The notes beneath the pieces are model-generated. The model worked only from the letters and a program-made list of their open reading frames with translations. It made no database searches and was not told the DNA's origin. Position numbers and translations under genes: made by a program. From NCBI GenBank assembly GCA_039648995.1, contig JBBWZH010000059.1, positions 801-64,800 of the forward strand: DNA of 64,000 nucleotides, in the 5' to 3' direction. Positions 41,659-50,371 of this stretch are shown here, piece after piece. This DNA comes from Mycobacteriales bacterium (GTDB lineage Bacteria > Actinomycetota > Actinomycetes > Mycobacteriales > CADCTP01). The stretch's first letter is position 1; each line of letters begins with the position of its first letter.

Positions 41659-43254
41659 ATGGCTACAGCATTGTCGGTGCCGCTGGCGATCGCGGTCACC
41701 GAGCCGGTGCCGGCTGCCCCGCGGGCGGCCGGCGCGGCCCGGCCCGACCGCCCTGGCGCGCGCCGCCGGCTCGCCGGCCCGGGCGCCCGTAGCTGGCTCG
41801 GCTGGCTCGGCCGGCTGGGCCTGCTCGGGCTGGGCGGCTGGCTGTCGCTGTTCCGGCTGTCGGTGCCGTCCTGGGGGCTGGACGAGCCGACGTACACGCT
41901 GGCCGGCCGGGCCTACTGGCACGGCAACTTCACCCCCAACCCGGAGCATCCGCCGCTGGCGAAGTACCTGATCGGCGCGTCCCAGCAGCTGTTCGGCCAG
42001 ACCGTGACCGCGGCGCGGCTGCCGTCCGCGCTGATGCTGCTGGTCACCGGGCTGGTCGCGTGGGCGTGGCTGGCCCGGGTCGGCCCGCCCGCGGCCGGGC
42101 CGGTCGCGGCGCTGCTGATCTGGACGCTGCCGGTGCTGGCGACCTTCCCCGAGGCGCTCGACCGCGCTCCGGACACGCACGTCCTGACCCGGACGGCGAT
42201 GCTGGACCCGATCGCGGCCGGGCTCTCGATCGCCGCGCTGGCCGCGGGCTGGTGGTGGTTGCGGTCCGGCCGGCTGGCCGCGGCCGGCTGCTGCGGCCTG
42301 CTCTCGGCGCTCGCCTGCGCCGCCAAGTTCCCGGCCGCGCTGATCATCGTGGTGCCCGCCGTCGCGGGCTGCCTGGCGGCGGCGGCCCGGCCGGGCTCCG
42401 TGCCGGCCCGACTCGGCCGGCTGGCCGCGCACGCCGGCACCTGGACGGCGGCCGCGGCCGGCGGGGTTGTCGCCTGCTACGCGCCGATGGGCTGGCCCGG
42501 CGCGGTGGACAACGCCCGCCGTGGCGTCGCGCAGCAGCGCCGGCACGGCAGCGGCGGGCACCTGATCCTGGTCTCCGGTCGGCCACGGGTGCACGGCCCG
42601 TGGTGGATCAACCTGGCCTGGCAGCACGCGTCCTGGGGCACCGGCCTGACCGTGGCGGCCGGGGCCGCCGTGCTGCTCGGGCTGGCGGCGCGGTCCGGGC
42701 TGACGGCGTACCTGGCCGCCGCCGGCCTGCTGCCGGCCACCCTGCTGGCGCCGCTGAGCGGTCTCGCGCTGCCGCACTACCTGCTGCTCTGGCGGCCGGT
42801 GCTGATCGTCGCGGCGGTGGTCGGCGGCACCGCAGGGGTGCACCGGCTGGCCGGCGCCGCCAGGGGTCGCCGGGCGTGGCGGGTCGCCGCGGTCGCTGTC
42901 GCGGTGGCACTGGCTGTCCCGGCGGCGGTGTCGGCCGGCCGGTCGGTCGCGTCGCTGGCGACGCTCCGGCCGACCGGGTACGCGGCACTGCCGGCGCTGA
43001 TCCCGCGTGGCGGCACGATCTGGCTGGCCGCCGACGGCAACGCGGCACGGGTCCCGTTGCCGGGCCGGCGCTTCGTGAACCGACTGCCGGACCGGCCCGA
43101 CCTGACCGCCCGGCCGACCGCCATCGTGCTGGACCGCGGCACCACGCTGCGTCGCGGCGACGGCGGCCTGGCCGCGTTCGCCCGGCGGCACGGCTACCAC
43201 CTGGTGCGCTCCGGCCCACTGGATATCTGGCTGAACCCGGCACCGGCCGAATGA
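41659..43254 (+). CDS. GT-C fold glycosyltransferase (family 39 / PMT-ArnT-like)
   Basis: About 10 or more TM segments. The first loop motif WGLDEPTYTLAGRAYW...NPEHPPLAKYLIG is typical of polyprenyl-phosphate-sugar dependent transferases. Confidence 0.75.
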   Translation: MATALSVPLAIAVTEPVPAAPRAAGAARPDRPGARRRLAGPGARSWLGWLGRLGLLGLGGWLSLFRLSVPSWGLDEPTYTLAGRAYWHGNFTPNPEHPPLAKYLIGASQQLFGQTVTAARLPSALMLLVTGLVAWAWLARVGPPAAGPVAALLIWTLPVLATFPEALDRAPDTHVLTRTAMLDPIAAGLSIAALAAGWWWLRSGRLAAAGCCGLLSALACAAKFPAALIIVVPAVAGCLAAAARPGSVPARLGRLAAHAGTWTAAAAGGVVACYAPMGWPGAVDNARRGVAQQRRHGSGGHLILVSGRPRVHGPWWINLAWQHASWGTGLTVAAGAAVLLGLAARSGLTAYLAAAGLLPATLLAPLSGLALPHYLLLWRPVLIVAAVVGGTAGVHRLAGAARGRRAWRVAAVAVAVALAVPAAVSAGRSVASLATLRPTGYAALPALIPRGGTIWLAADGNAARVPLPGRRFVNRLPDRPDLTARPTAIVLDRGTTLRRGDGGLAAFARRHGYHLVRSGPLDIWLNPAPAE

Positions 43255-43358
43255 CGGCGACAGCGCCGAAAACACGGAATGCGCCGGCCAAGGACACGGT
43301 GTTTCCCGTTGGGGCCTAATTCCCGCTACCTGCCCAGACCCGGTAGTACGGTACGCGG

Positions 43359-43574
43359 ATGGCGAGTTACACGGTGGTGGACGCAAAGCCGTACGACCCT
43401 GGCGGCCACCGCCCGGGCACGGTTGGTCACGATGGCTATTGCGGGTTGCACAGTTGCGGTGAGCCGGCCGTGGCGACGATCGTTGGTGAGGACAAGAGCG
43501 GGGGGCATATCGAGATGGCAGTATGCGAGCGGGGCGTCGAGGAGTACGGCCTGCGTGAGCGGTTCGCCTGCTGA
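43359..43574 (+). CDS. small Cys/His-rich hypothetical protein (71 aa)
   Basis: ATG start and mostly G/C third positions. It contains CGLHSC, a further Cys, and a C-terminal Cys. The RBS is weak. Confidence 0.4.
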   Translation: MASYTVVDAKPYDPGGHRPGTVGHDGYCGLHSCGEPAVATIVGEDKSGGHIEMAVCERGVEEYGLRERFAC

Positions 43575-43588
43575 CCGCCGGCGCCGGC

Positions 43589-43990
43589 TCAGCCGGCGAG
43601 CGCGGCGGTCACGTCCACTTCGACGAGTTGGCCGGCGAAGCCGAGTCGCGCCACGCCCAGCAGCGTGCTGGCCGTGGTGAGCGCGGGGGCGAACGGAGAG
43701 GACCGCAGCGCGGTCCAGACCGCGGCGAGATCGGCACGCTGGTCGGAGACCACGTAGATCACCGTGCGCACCACGTCGTGCGGGGTGGCCCCGGCCGCGG
43801 CCAGCGCGCTGCCGATGTTCCGGACCACCTGCGCGACCTGGGCGGGTAGGTCGTCCTCGCCGACCAGGCTGCCGTCGCCGGCCAGCGGCACCTGGCCGGC
43901 GAGGAACACCAGCCGCCGCCGCTCGGTCGTGGTCACGTGCGCGTAGCCGGGGGTGGCGTGCATGCCGTCTGGGTTCAGCCGGTCGATCAT
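43589..43990 (-). CDS. RidA/YjgF-family protein
   Basis: ATG at 43990. Blocks VFLAGQVPL...GDDLPAQVAQVVRNIGSALAAAGATPHDVVRTVIYV and LVEVDVTA. Confidence 0.85.
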   Translation of the reverse strand: MIDRLNPDGMHATPGYAHVTTTERRRLVFLAGQVPLAGDGSLVGEDDLPAQVAQVVRNIGSALAAAGATPHDVVRTVIYVVSDQRADLAAVWTALRSSPFAPALTTASTLLGVARLGFAGQLVEVDVTAALAG

Positions 43991-44080
43991 GCCGGCAAGT
44001 ATGCCGGCGGCGCCGCGGCGCACCCTCGTATTTCAGCCGGTCCGGCGACCCGTTGACGCGCCGGCGGCGGGTATGTAGTT

Positions 44081-44704
44081 GTGGATAGAACGCGTGGAAA
44101 AGAGGCCGCCTTGTCAAGGTTGCGAATGGTGCTGGTTGTCGCCGCCGCCGCGCTTGTGCTGAGTGGCTGTGACGGCACCCTCGGCGGCCCGGGGTCAGCC
44201 ACCGCGACCGGGCCGGCCACCGTGCCGACGGTTACCGGCAAACGGCTCAACGACGCCGAACGCCTGCTGCGGGCCGCCGGCTTCGCCAAGCTGCGCCCGG
44301 TCGACGCGAGCTCGGCCGGCCGCGTTGTGCTCGACCCGAACAACTGGGTGGTGCAGTCGCAGAGCCCGACCGGCGGCGCGCACGCCGACCGGTCGGCCGC
44401 CGTCACGCTGAAGGTGGCCAAGCCGACCGACCAGGCCAGCGGCGGCCCGGTCACCAAGGGCACCGTCCCGAACGTGGTCTGCAAAGACCTGCAGAGCGCG
44501 CAGAACACCCTGCAGTCCGCCGGCTTCTTCAACCTCGGCTCGGCCGACGGCACCGGGCAGGGGCGGGTGCAGGTGATCGACCGGAACTGGGTCGTGATCA
44601 AGCAGTCGGTGCCGGCCGGGCAGCGACCGGACCGGGGCACCCGCATCGTGCTGACCGCGGTCAAGTACGGCGAGTCCACCGGCAGTTCGGGCTGCCCGAG
44701 CTAG
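44081..44704 (+). CDS. lipoprotein with two PASTA-like domains
   Basis: Lipobox LVLSGC after a positively charged n-region. There are two roughly 65-aa units, each beginning TVP(T/N)V.GK/KDL...A...L..AGF and ending in a VVxQSP/VVIKQSVP-type strand. Confidence 0.7.
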   Translation: MDRTRGKEAALSRLRMVLVVAAAALVLSGCDGTLGGPGSATATGPATVPTVTGKRLNDAERLLRAAGFAKLRPVDASSAGRVVLDPNNWVVQSQSPTGGAHADRSAAVTLKVAKPTDQASGGPVTKGTVPNVVCKDLQSAQNTLQSAGFFNLGSADGTGQGRVQVIDRNWVVIKQSVPAGQRPDRGTRIVLTAVKYGESTGSSGCPS

Positions 44705-44730
44705 CCCGTGGTCGACGGGTCGGGCCCGGC

Positions 44731-45132
44731 TCACCGTCCGTCGGCGCGGCCGTTGGGCGTCGGCGTCGATGCCGGCTCCGCGGCCGGCGTCCGGCGCGCG
44801 TCCAGGACCTCCAGCCGGAGGAGTGCGAGCTGCTCGGCCAGCGTCCGGGTCTCCTCCTCCAACCGGCCGCACTCCCGGCACAGCTGCAGGCAGATCAGCA
44901 CCAGGAACATGACCGCGCCGAACAGCAACAGGTTGACCGGGTCATACACATGCAGCACCCGGGCCGTCGCGCCCAACGCCGACGGCACCGACGCGGTCAC
45001 GACCGCGCCGAGACCGAGCAGCAGCCACAACCCCGCATACTTCGCCGGCAACTGCCGGCGGCGTACCAGTTCCAACACGACCATGAACGCGGCAACCGCC
45101 GCGAGCAGGCTGACAACCAACACCGGTCGCAT
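44731..45132 (-). CDS. DUF2304-like small membrane protein
   Basis: 133 aa with 3-4 TM segments. The sequence LELVRRRQLPAKYAGLWLLLG is typical of this family. Its start codon shares one nt with the stop of the upstream GT2 gene. Confidence 0.7.
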   Translation of the reverse strand: MRPVLVVSLLAAVAAFMVVLELVRRRQLPAKYAGLWLLLGLGAVVTASVPSALGATARVLHVYDPVNLLLFGAVMFLVLICLQLCRECGRLEEETRTLAEQLALLRLEVLDARRTPAAEPASTPTPNGRADGR

Positions 45133-45878
45133 CAGGTCCGAACCCCCGCTCCACGCGGCGCCCGGCCGATCGCCGCCAACAGCAGCACCAGCAGTGCGCG
45201 GGCCAGGTACAACATCGCGACGAGCGGCGCCTGGCTGGCCGGGCCGGCCGCCCGGGGCGACATCCGGACGGGGACCTCGACGATGCGGCAGCCGGCGCGG
45301 TGCGCGATCGGCAACGCCTCGATCGTGTCACCGAGGTACTCGGCCGGGAAGTCGGCGGCGAAGCACGCCACCGCGCGCGGCCCGAACGCCCGGAATCCGG
45401 AGGTCGCGTCGGTCAGCCGGACGCCGACCAGACGGCTGGACAGGCCCGCCACCACCCGCATCGCCCACCGTCGGACCCGGCCCACCCGGTAACCGTCGGC
45501 CCCGAAGCGGCGGGCCCCGATGACCAGGTCCGCGCCGGCCAGCCCGTCCAGCAGGCGCGGCACCTCCGCCGGTTCGTGCTGCCCGTCGGCGTCCACCTGC
45601 ACCACCGCCGAGTAGCCCTGCCGCTGGGCGTACCGGAACCCGGTCCGCAGGGCGGCGCCCACGCCCAGGTTGTACGGCAGCGTCACGACCGTCGCGCCGG
45701 CCTCGGTGGCGACCACCCCGGTCCGGTCGGCCGACCCATCGTCGACCACGAGCACGTCCGCGTCCGGCAGCACCTGGCGGAGTTGACGAACCACGCCGCC
45801 GACGGACGCTTCCTCGTTCCAGGCCGGTACGACCACCAGCACCCGCTGCTGCCCGGCCGCGCTCACCGGAAGATCCAC
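45132..45878 (-). CDS. family 2 glycosyltransferase (polyprenyl-phosphate sugar synthase-like)
   Basis: VLVVVPAWNEE, VLVVDDGSADRT and QVDADGQH (DxD) motifs. The start is GTG 45878, or GTG 45866 in a GTGA overlap with the GtrA stop. Confidence 0.88.
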   Translation of the reverse strand: MDLPVSAAGQQRVLVVVPAWNEEASVGGVVRQLRQVLPDADVLVVDDGSADRTGVVATEAGATVVTLPYNLGVGAALRTGFRYAQRQGYSAVVQVDADGQHEPAEVPRLLDGLAGADLVIGARRFGADGYRVGRVRRWAMRVVAGLSSRLVGVRLTDATSGFRAFGPRAVACFAADFPAEYLGDTIEALPIAHRAGCRIVEVPVRMSPRAAGPASQAPLVAMLYLARALLVLLLAAIGRAPRGAGVRT

Positions 45879-46243
45879 CGGCGGTAGAGCACGTAGTTCC
45901 CGACGGCCAGAACCGCGATCGCGGCCAGCTTCGCCACCAGGTACCCGACGCCCGCCGCGACCAGGCCGCCGACGATGGCCAGCGTCGCGGCGTAGTTCAG
46001 CCCGACCGCGGCGAGGTACCGCGCGGCGTGCCGGCGCACCGATCCCGCCCGGGTCTGGACGAACACCCAGTTCCGGTTGAGGCCGAAGTTCACGGCCAGG
46101 CTCGTCCAGAACGCGACCGTGGTGGCGACGACCAGCCGCAGCCCCACCACGCCGTGCAGGAGAGCGAGCAACCCGACGTCCACACCGGCGCTGACCCCGC
46201 CGACCACCAGGAACCGGAACCCGCGCAGCAGGAACGGCCGCAT
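45863..46243 (-). CDS. GtrA-family membrane protein
   Basis: ATG at 46243 (MRPFLLRGFRFLVVGGVSAGVDVGLL...), 4 TM segments. The longer track ORF adds a leader containing an 18-bp duplication (AELAGP x2). Confidence 0.8.
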   Translation of the reverse strand: MRPFLLRGFRFLVVGGVSAGVDVGLLALLHGVVGLRLVVATTVAFWTSLAVNFGLNRNWVFVQTRAGSVRRHAARYLAAVGLNYAATLAIVGGLVAAGVGYLVAKLAAIAVLAVGNYVLYRRWIFR

Positions 46244-46412
46244 CCCGGGGGCGACCTCGGCCGGCCCAGCCAGCTCCGCCGGCCCAGCCAGCTCCGCCGG
46301 CTCGGTTGCCGTGCGGGCTGCGGCGCGACCCGGCCTCACCGCGTCCACTCCGGCCGTACCTCCCGTGAACGCCTCGCCCGGTCGGAAACGGGCCGGTAAC
46401 TCAGCTGACTGT

Positions 46413-47864
46413 TCACCCTTGCGGCGGCATCCCGGCGCGCACCGCGACCACCACCAACACTCCAGTGTAGAGCGCGGCGACGGTCCGAGCGGTGCGGGGC
46501 CCGAGGTTCGCGGCGCCCAGCGCGGCCACCAGCGGGACCAGGGTCAGCCCGTACCGGCCCGGGATCCGCGTGTGCTGGTGGATCAACAGGTAGTTGCTGA
46601 ACACGTACAGCCACGCACCGAGAACCGACGTCACCAGGGCGGCCAGGGACAGCCGCTGCAGCGCGCCACCGCCCGTCGACGCCGTCAGGTAGCGGATGAC
46701 CGTGCCGTTCAGCCACAGCGTGAGCAGGATGCCGGCACCGGCCCGGTACGGCTGGGCGAACGCGCCGAGCTCGTCGCCGAGCCAGTGCCACTGGAAGCTG
46801 GTCACGTTGAACCGGGGGAACTCGTTGCTGGTCGTCAGCGCGTAGTGGCGGCGAACCACCAGCCAGAGCACCGACCCGGCCAGCAGCCCGGCGAAGACCA
46901 GCGACGCGCCCACCGCGTACCGCCGCCGATCGGGGCTTCCCCCGCCCGCCGGCTCTCCCGGGCCGGGCTGGTCCGGGTCGCCCGGCTGGTCCGGGTCGCC
47001 CGGCTGGTCCGGGTCCGGGTCGGGCGCCGCCCGTGCCACCGGTCTCCCGGCCGGCCACAGCGCGCCGGCGAGCAGGAACAGCAGCACCGCGGCCACCACG
47101 GTCGCGTTCGACGCCTTGACCAGCACCGGCAGCGCGCCGCACAGCGGTAACACCCACCCGCCGAGCCGGCGCCGGTCCCACAACAGCACGGCGGTGACGG
47201 CGAGCCCGCCTACCAGCAGGTCCGCGGCGTGCGGCGTGACATGCGTCCAGAACGTGTGCACGCCGCCGGTCGCCAGCACCGCGACGCTCACGATCCCCGC
47301 CGAGAGCCGGGACGCGCCGAGCAATCCGGCGAGCAGGTACAGCACGGTCAGCGCCGCGCCGGCCCAGGCGATACCGACCAGCCGGGCCGCTGTCGTCAGG
47401 TTGCGGGTGACCCGCAGCCCGAGCAGCACGCGGGCGCCGACGTCGGTCAGCACGTAGTACGTCGGCGGGTCGATGTCGGCGCTGTTGCGGCCGGCTGGGG
47501 TGGTGGGCGGATTCCGGCAGGCGACCGGATCAGGCGGGACGACCGGCGGTATGCCGCGGCATGCGATCTCCCGCCGGGTCGCCGCGTCGAGCGGCTCGCC
47601 ATTGCCGACGATGAAGTGGCCCCGGTGCACCTTCTGGACATAGTCCAGGTAGGAGGGTTCGTCGATCGGGCTCACGCCCGGGTTCCGGTGGATCTGGTAC
47701 GCGAGCAGCGGCGCGCTGATCGCGCACATCACGACGAACAGCCCGGCGACCCGGCCGGCCACTCCGAGCGATACCGCCCGGGCCCAGCGCGGCCACCGCG
47801 ACACCCGCCCGGCCGCTGGCTCCGGCGCCACCCCACCTTCCGTCACCCCGCCCGACCACCCCAT
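46413..47864 (-). CDS. large polytopic membrane protein (candidate GT-C-type glycosyltransferase)
   Basis: 483 aa with 10 or more TM segments, an extracytoplasmic loop after TM1, and an internal DPDQPG repeat. It is the first gene of the GtrA/GT2/DUF2304 operon. Confidence 0.65.
   Translation of the reverse strand: MGWSGGVTEGGVAPEPAAGRVSRWPRWARAVSLGVAGRVAGLFVVMCAISAPLLAYQIHRNPGVSPIDEPSYLDYVQKVHRGHFIVGNGEPLDAATRREIACRGIPPVVPPDPVACRNPPTTPAGRNSADIDPPTYYVLTDVGARVLLGLRVTRNLTTAARLVGIAWAGAALTVLYLLAGLLGASRLSAGIVSVAVLATGGVHTFWTHVTPHAADLLVGGLAVTAVLLWDRRRLGGWVLPLCGALPVLVKASNATVVAAVLLFLLAGALWPAGRPVARAAPDPDPDQPGDPDQPGDPDQPGPGEPAGGGSPDRRRYAVGASLVFAGLLAGSVLWLVVRRHYALTTSNEFPRFNVTSFQWHWLGDELGAFAQPYRAGAGILLTLWLNGTVIRYLTASTGGGALQRLSLAALVTSVLGAWLYVFSNYLLIHQHTRIPGRYGLTLVPLVAALGAANLGPRTARTVAALYTGVLVVVAVRAGMPPQG
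46966..47019 (-). repeat. 18-bp in-frame tandem repeat
   Basis: GGCTGGTCCGGGTCGCCC occurs twice perfectly plus a partial third copy. It encodes (DPDQPG)n in a cytoplasmic or loop region of the membrane protein. Confidence 0.8.
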
Positions 47865-47961
47865 GGAGCGATCAGTCTGACACGGTGGCGGCGTGACGGA
47901 CGGGCCCGGGGGCTCATCGACGGGGCGCGACCCGGCACCCCGGCGACCGGCCCACCGGCCG

Positions 47962-48486
47962 CTATGTGCCGATCACCCCGTCGATCCGCTGCCGGAGCAG
48001 GTCGGCGTGGCCGCTGTGCCGGCTGTACTCGCTGATCATGTGCGAGTACGCCCAGCGCAGCGTCATCTCGCCCCACCGGTCGCTGACGAACGTGTGATCC
48101 AGTCGCAGGCAGGCCACGGCCCGGTCGGCGGCGTGCCACTCGGCGACCAGGCAGGCGATGTCCTGCTCGGCGCGCGTCGGGTCGACGTCGTGGAATGCCG
48201 CGTCCGGCTGGTCGTCCCGGCGGTACGGGCCGGCGACGTCCTCACCGCCGAACCGGCGCCGGAACCAGGTGCGCTCGACCTCGGTCACGTGCCGGATCAG
48301 GCCGAGCAGCGAGAGCGTCGACGGCTCGATCGGGCGTCGCGCGAGCGCGTCGCCGGCCAGCCCGCAGCACTTGAGCAGCAGCGTCTTCCGGCCGAAGTCG
48401 AGGAAGCCCTGCAGCATCGCGCGTTCGTCGCCGTCGAACGGCTCGTCGACGCGATCAACATCGGGGACGGTCCAAGTCATCGGCAT
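47962..48486 (-). CDS. DinB-family / DUF664-like protein
   Basis: LSLLGLIRHVTEVERTWF ... HMISEYSRHSGHADLLRQRIDG. It shares the same blocks as 7433..7939. Confidence 0.75.
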   Translation of the reverse strand: MPMTWTVPDVDRVDEPFDGDERAMLQGFLDFGRKTLLLKCCGLAGDALARRPIEPSTLSLLGLIRHVTEVERTWFRRRFGGEDVAGPYRRDDQPDAAFHDVDPTRAEQDIACLVAEWHAADRAVACLRLDHTFVSDRWGEMTLRWAYSHMISEYSRHSGHADLLRQRIDGVIGT

Positions 48487-48694
48487 ATGGTGACCACAAT
48501 GGCCTGACTTGGCGACCCGTTTGCCCTAATAGGCACTACCTGTTTGGCGGTATGCCGTCACTGCCCGCATCCAAGCGGCGGCCGGCGGCCACGTGGCCGG
48601 GCAGCGCCACCGCTACCGCGGGCGCCAACGCTTGCCTGCGACCGTCCGGCACCCAGAGACTCTGCCGGTGACCAGCAGCGGGCGTGGTGGCCGG

Positions 48695-49336
48695 ATGGCA
48701 GCGGTGGTCGAGGAGGCGGGCGGCGAGGAGCGGCCGGCCCGGGTGGACGGCCGCTCGCTGCGGGCCGAGCGCACGCGGCGGGCCGTGGTGGACGCGCTGC
48801 ACGCGCTGCTCGCCGAGGGTCACCTGAAAGTGAGCGGCCGGCAGGTCGCCGAGCGAGCGGGCGTGTCGCTGCGCGCGCTCTGGTCGAACTTCGGCGACCT
48901 GGAGGGCCTGTACGCGGCGAGCAACGCGCGGGTGCGGGAGATGCAGTGCGCCGCGTACCGACCGGTCTCGCCGGACCTCCCGCTGCCCGAGCGGGTCGAG
49001 GCGTTCTGCCGGCAGCGCGCCCGGATGCAGGAGATGATCGCGCCGTACGCCCGCGCGGCGCACCTGGCCCAGCCGTACTCGCCGCAGCTGCAGCGCAACC
49101 GGGCTGTCCACATTGGACACATCCGGGACGAGATCTCCGAGCTGTTCGAGTCCGAATTGGACGCCGCCGGCCCGGGCCGGGAGCGGCTGCGCAACGCGGT
49201 GCTGGTGGCGACCACGTTCAACGCCTGGCAGATGGCCCGGGACGAGCTCGGCCTGGGCGTCGACGAGGCCACCGGAATGATGATCCAGACCGTCACCGCG
49301 CTGCTGGTCGCGGCGCTGGCGGCCAGCGTGAGCTAG
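48695..49336 (+). CDS. TetR-family transcriptional regulator
   Basis: ATG at 48695. HTH region RRAVVDALHALLAEGHLKVSGRQVAERAGVSLRALWSNFGDLEGL. Confidence 0.8.
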   Translation: MAAVVEEAGGEERPARVDGRSLRAERTRRAVVDALHALLAEGHLKVSGRQVAERAGVSLRALWSNFGDLEGLYAASNARVREMQCAAYRPVSPDLPLPERVEAFCRQRARMQEMIAPYARAAHLAQPYSPQLQRNRAVHIGHIRDEISELFESELDAAGPGRERLRNAVLVATTFNAWQMARDELGLGVDEATGMMIQTVTALLVAALAASVS

Positions 49337-49399
49337 CGGCGGCCGCCGAGTGTCCACTCGGGACGGTGGAGTCGAGTCGACGAAGACTGGAGTGCGGCG

Positions 49400-50371
49400 A
49401 TGACTGAGGTTGCGACAGTGCTCGGCCCGGTCGGCTCCGCCGAGCTCGGCCAGACCCTGATGCACGAACACGTGTTCGTGCTGACCCCGGACGTGCAGCA
49501 GAACTATCCGGCGGAGTGGGACGAGGAGACCAGGGTGGCCGACGCGGTGCGCCGGCTGACCGCGGTCAGGGACGCCGGCGTGCGCACGATCGTCGACCCG
49601 ACCGTGGTCGGCCTCGGCCGCTACATCCCGCGCATCCAGCGGATCAACGAGCAGGTCGACATCAACATCGTCGTCGCGACCGGCGTCTACACCTACGGCG
49701 ACGCCCCGTTCTACTTCCGGTTCCGCGGGCCGGCGGTGGCCGAGATGCTGCCGGAGCCGATGGTGGACATGTTCGTCCGCGATATCTCCGAGGGCATCGC
49801 CGGCACCGGCGTCCGCGCCGCGTTCCTCAAGTGCGCGGTGGACGCGCCCGGGCTGACCGCAGACGGCGAGCGCATCCTGCGCGCGGTCGCCGCCGCACAC
49901 CGCCGCACCGGCGTGCCGATCACCGTGCACACCCACCCCGGGACGAAACGCGGGCTCGACGTCAAGCGGGTGCTGGACGACGAGGGCGTCGACCCGCGCC
50001 GGGTGGTGCTCGGGCACAGCGGTGACACGACCGACGCCGACCACCTCAGCGAGCTGGCCGAGGCCGGCTTCTACCTCGGCATGGACCGGTTCGGCATCGA
50101 CCTGGAGCTGCCGTTCGCCGACCGGGTCGGCATCGTCGTCGAGCTGTGCCGGCGCGGCTACGCCGACCGGCTCGTGCTCTCCCAGGACGCCTCCTGCTAC
50201 ATCGACTGGATCGACCCGGCGCTGATCGCCGCCATGCCCAACTGGCACTACCTGCACGTCCACACCGACGTGCTGCCGGCGCTGCGCGGCGCCGGCGTCA
50301 CCGAGGAGCAGATCCAGCAGATGCTGGTGGACAACCCGCGCCGCTACTTCGAGACCCGGGACGCGCCGTGA
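49400..50371 (+). CDS. phosphotriesterase-family (amidohydrolase fold) protein
   Basis: GQTLMHEHVF (HxH metal site), ITVHT and VLGHSGD blocks. 323 aa. Confidence 0.85.
   Translation: MTEVATVLGPVGSAELGQTLMHEHVFVLTPDVQQNYPAEWDEETRVADAVRRLTAVRDAGVRTIVDPTVVGLGRYIPRIQRINEQVDINIVVATGVYTYGDAPFYFRFRGPAVAEMLPEPMVDMFVRDISEGIAGTGVRAAFLKCAVDAPGLTADGERILRAVAAAHRRTGVPITVHTHPGTKRGLDVKRVLDDEGVDPRRVVLGHSGDTTDADHLSELAEAGFYLGMDRFGIDLELPFADRVGIVVELCRRGYADRLVLSQDASCYIDWIDPALIAAMPNWHYLHVHTDVLPALRGAGVTEEQIQQMLVDNPRRYFETRDAP

Noticed and set aside
48520-48560. Possible TetR operator GGCACTACC-N8-GGTATGCC and GTTTG(C/G)C direct repeats upstream of the TetR gene.
   Set aside because: The dyad is imperfect, lies about 140 nt from the TetR start, and has only one occurrence. 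The support is too weak to call.
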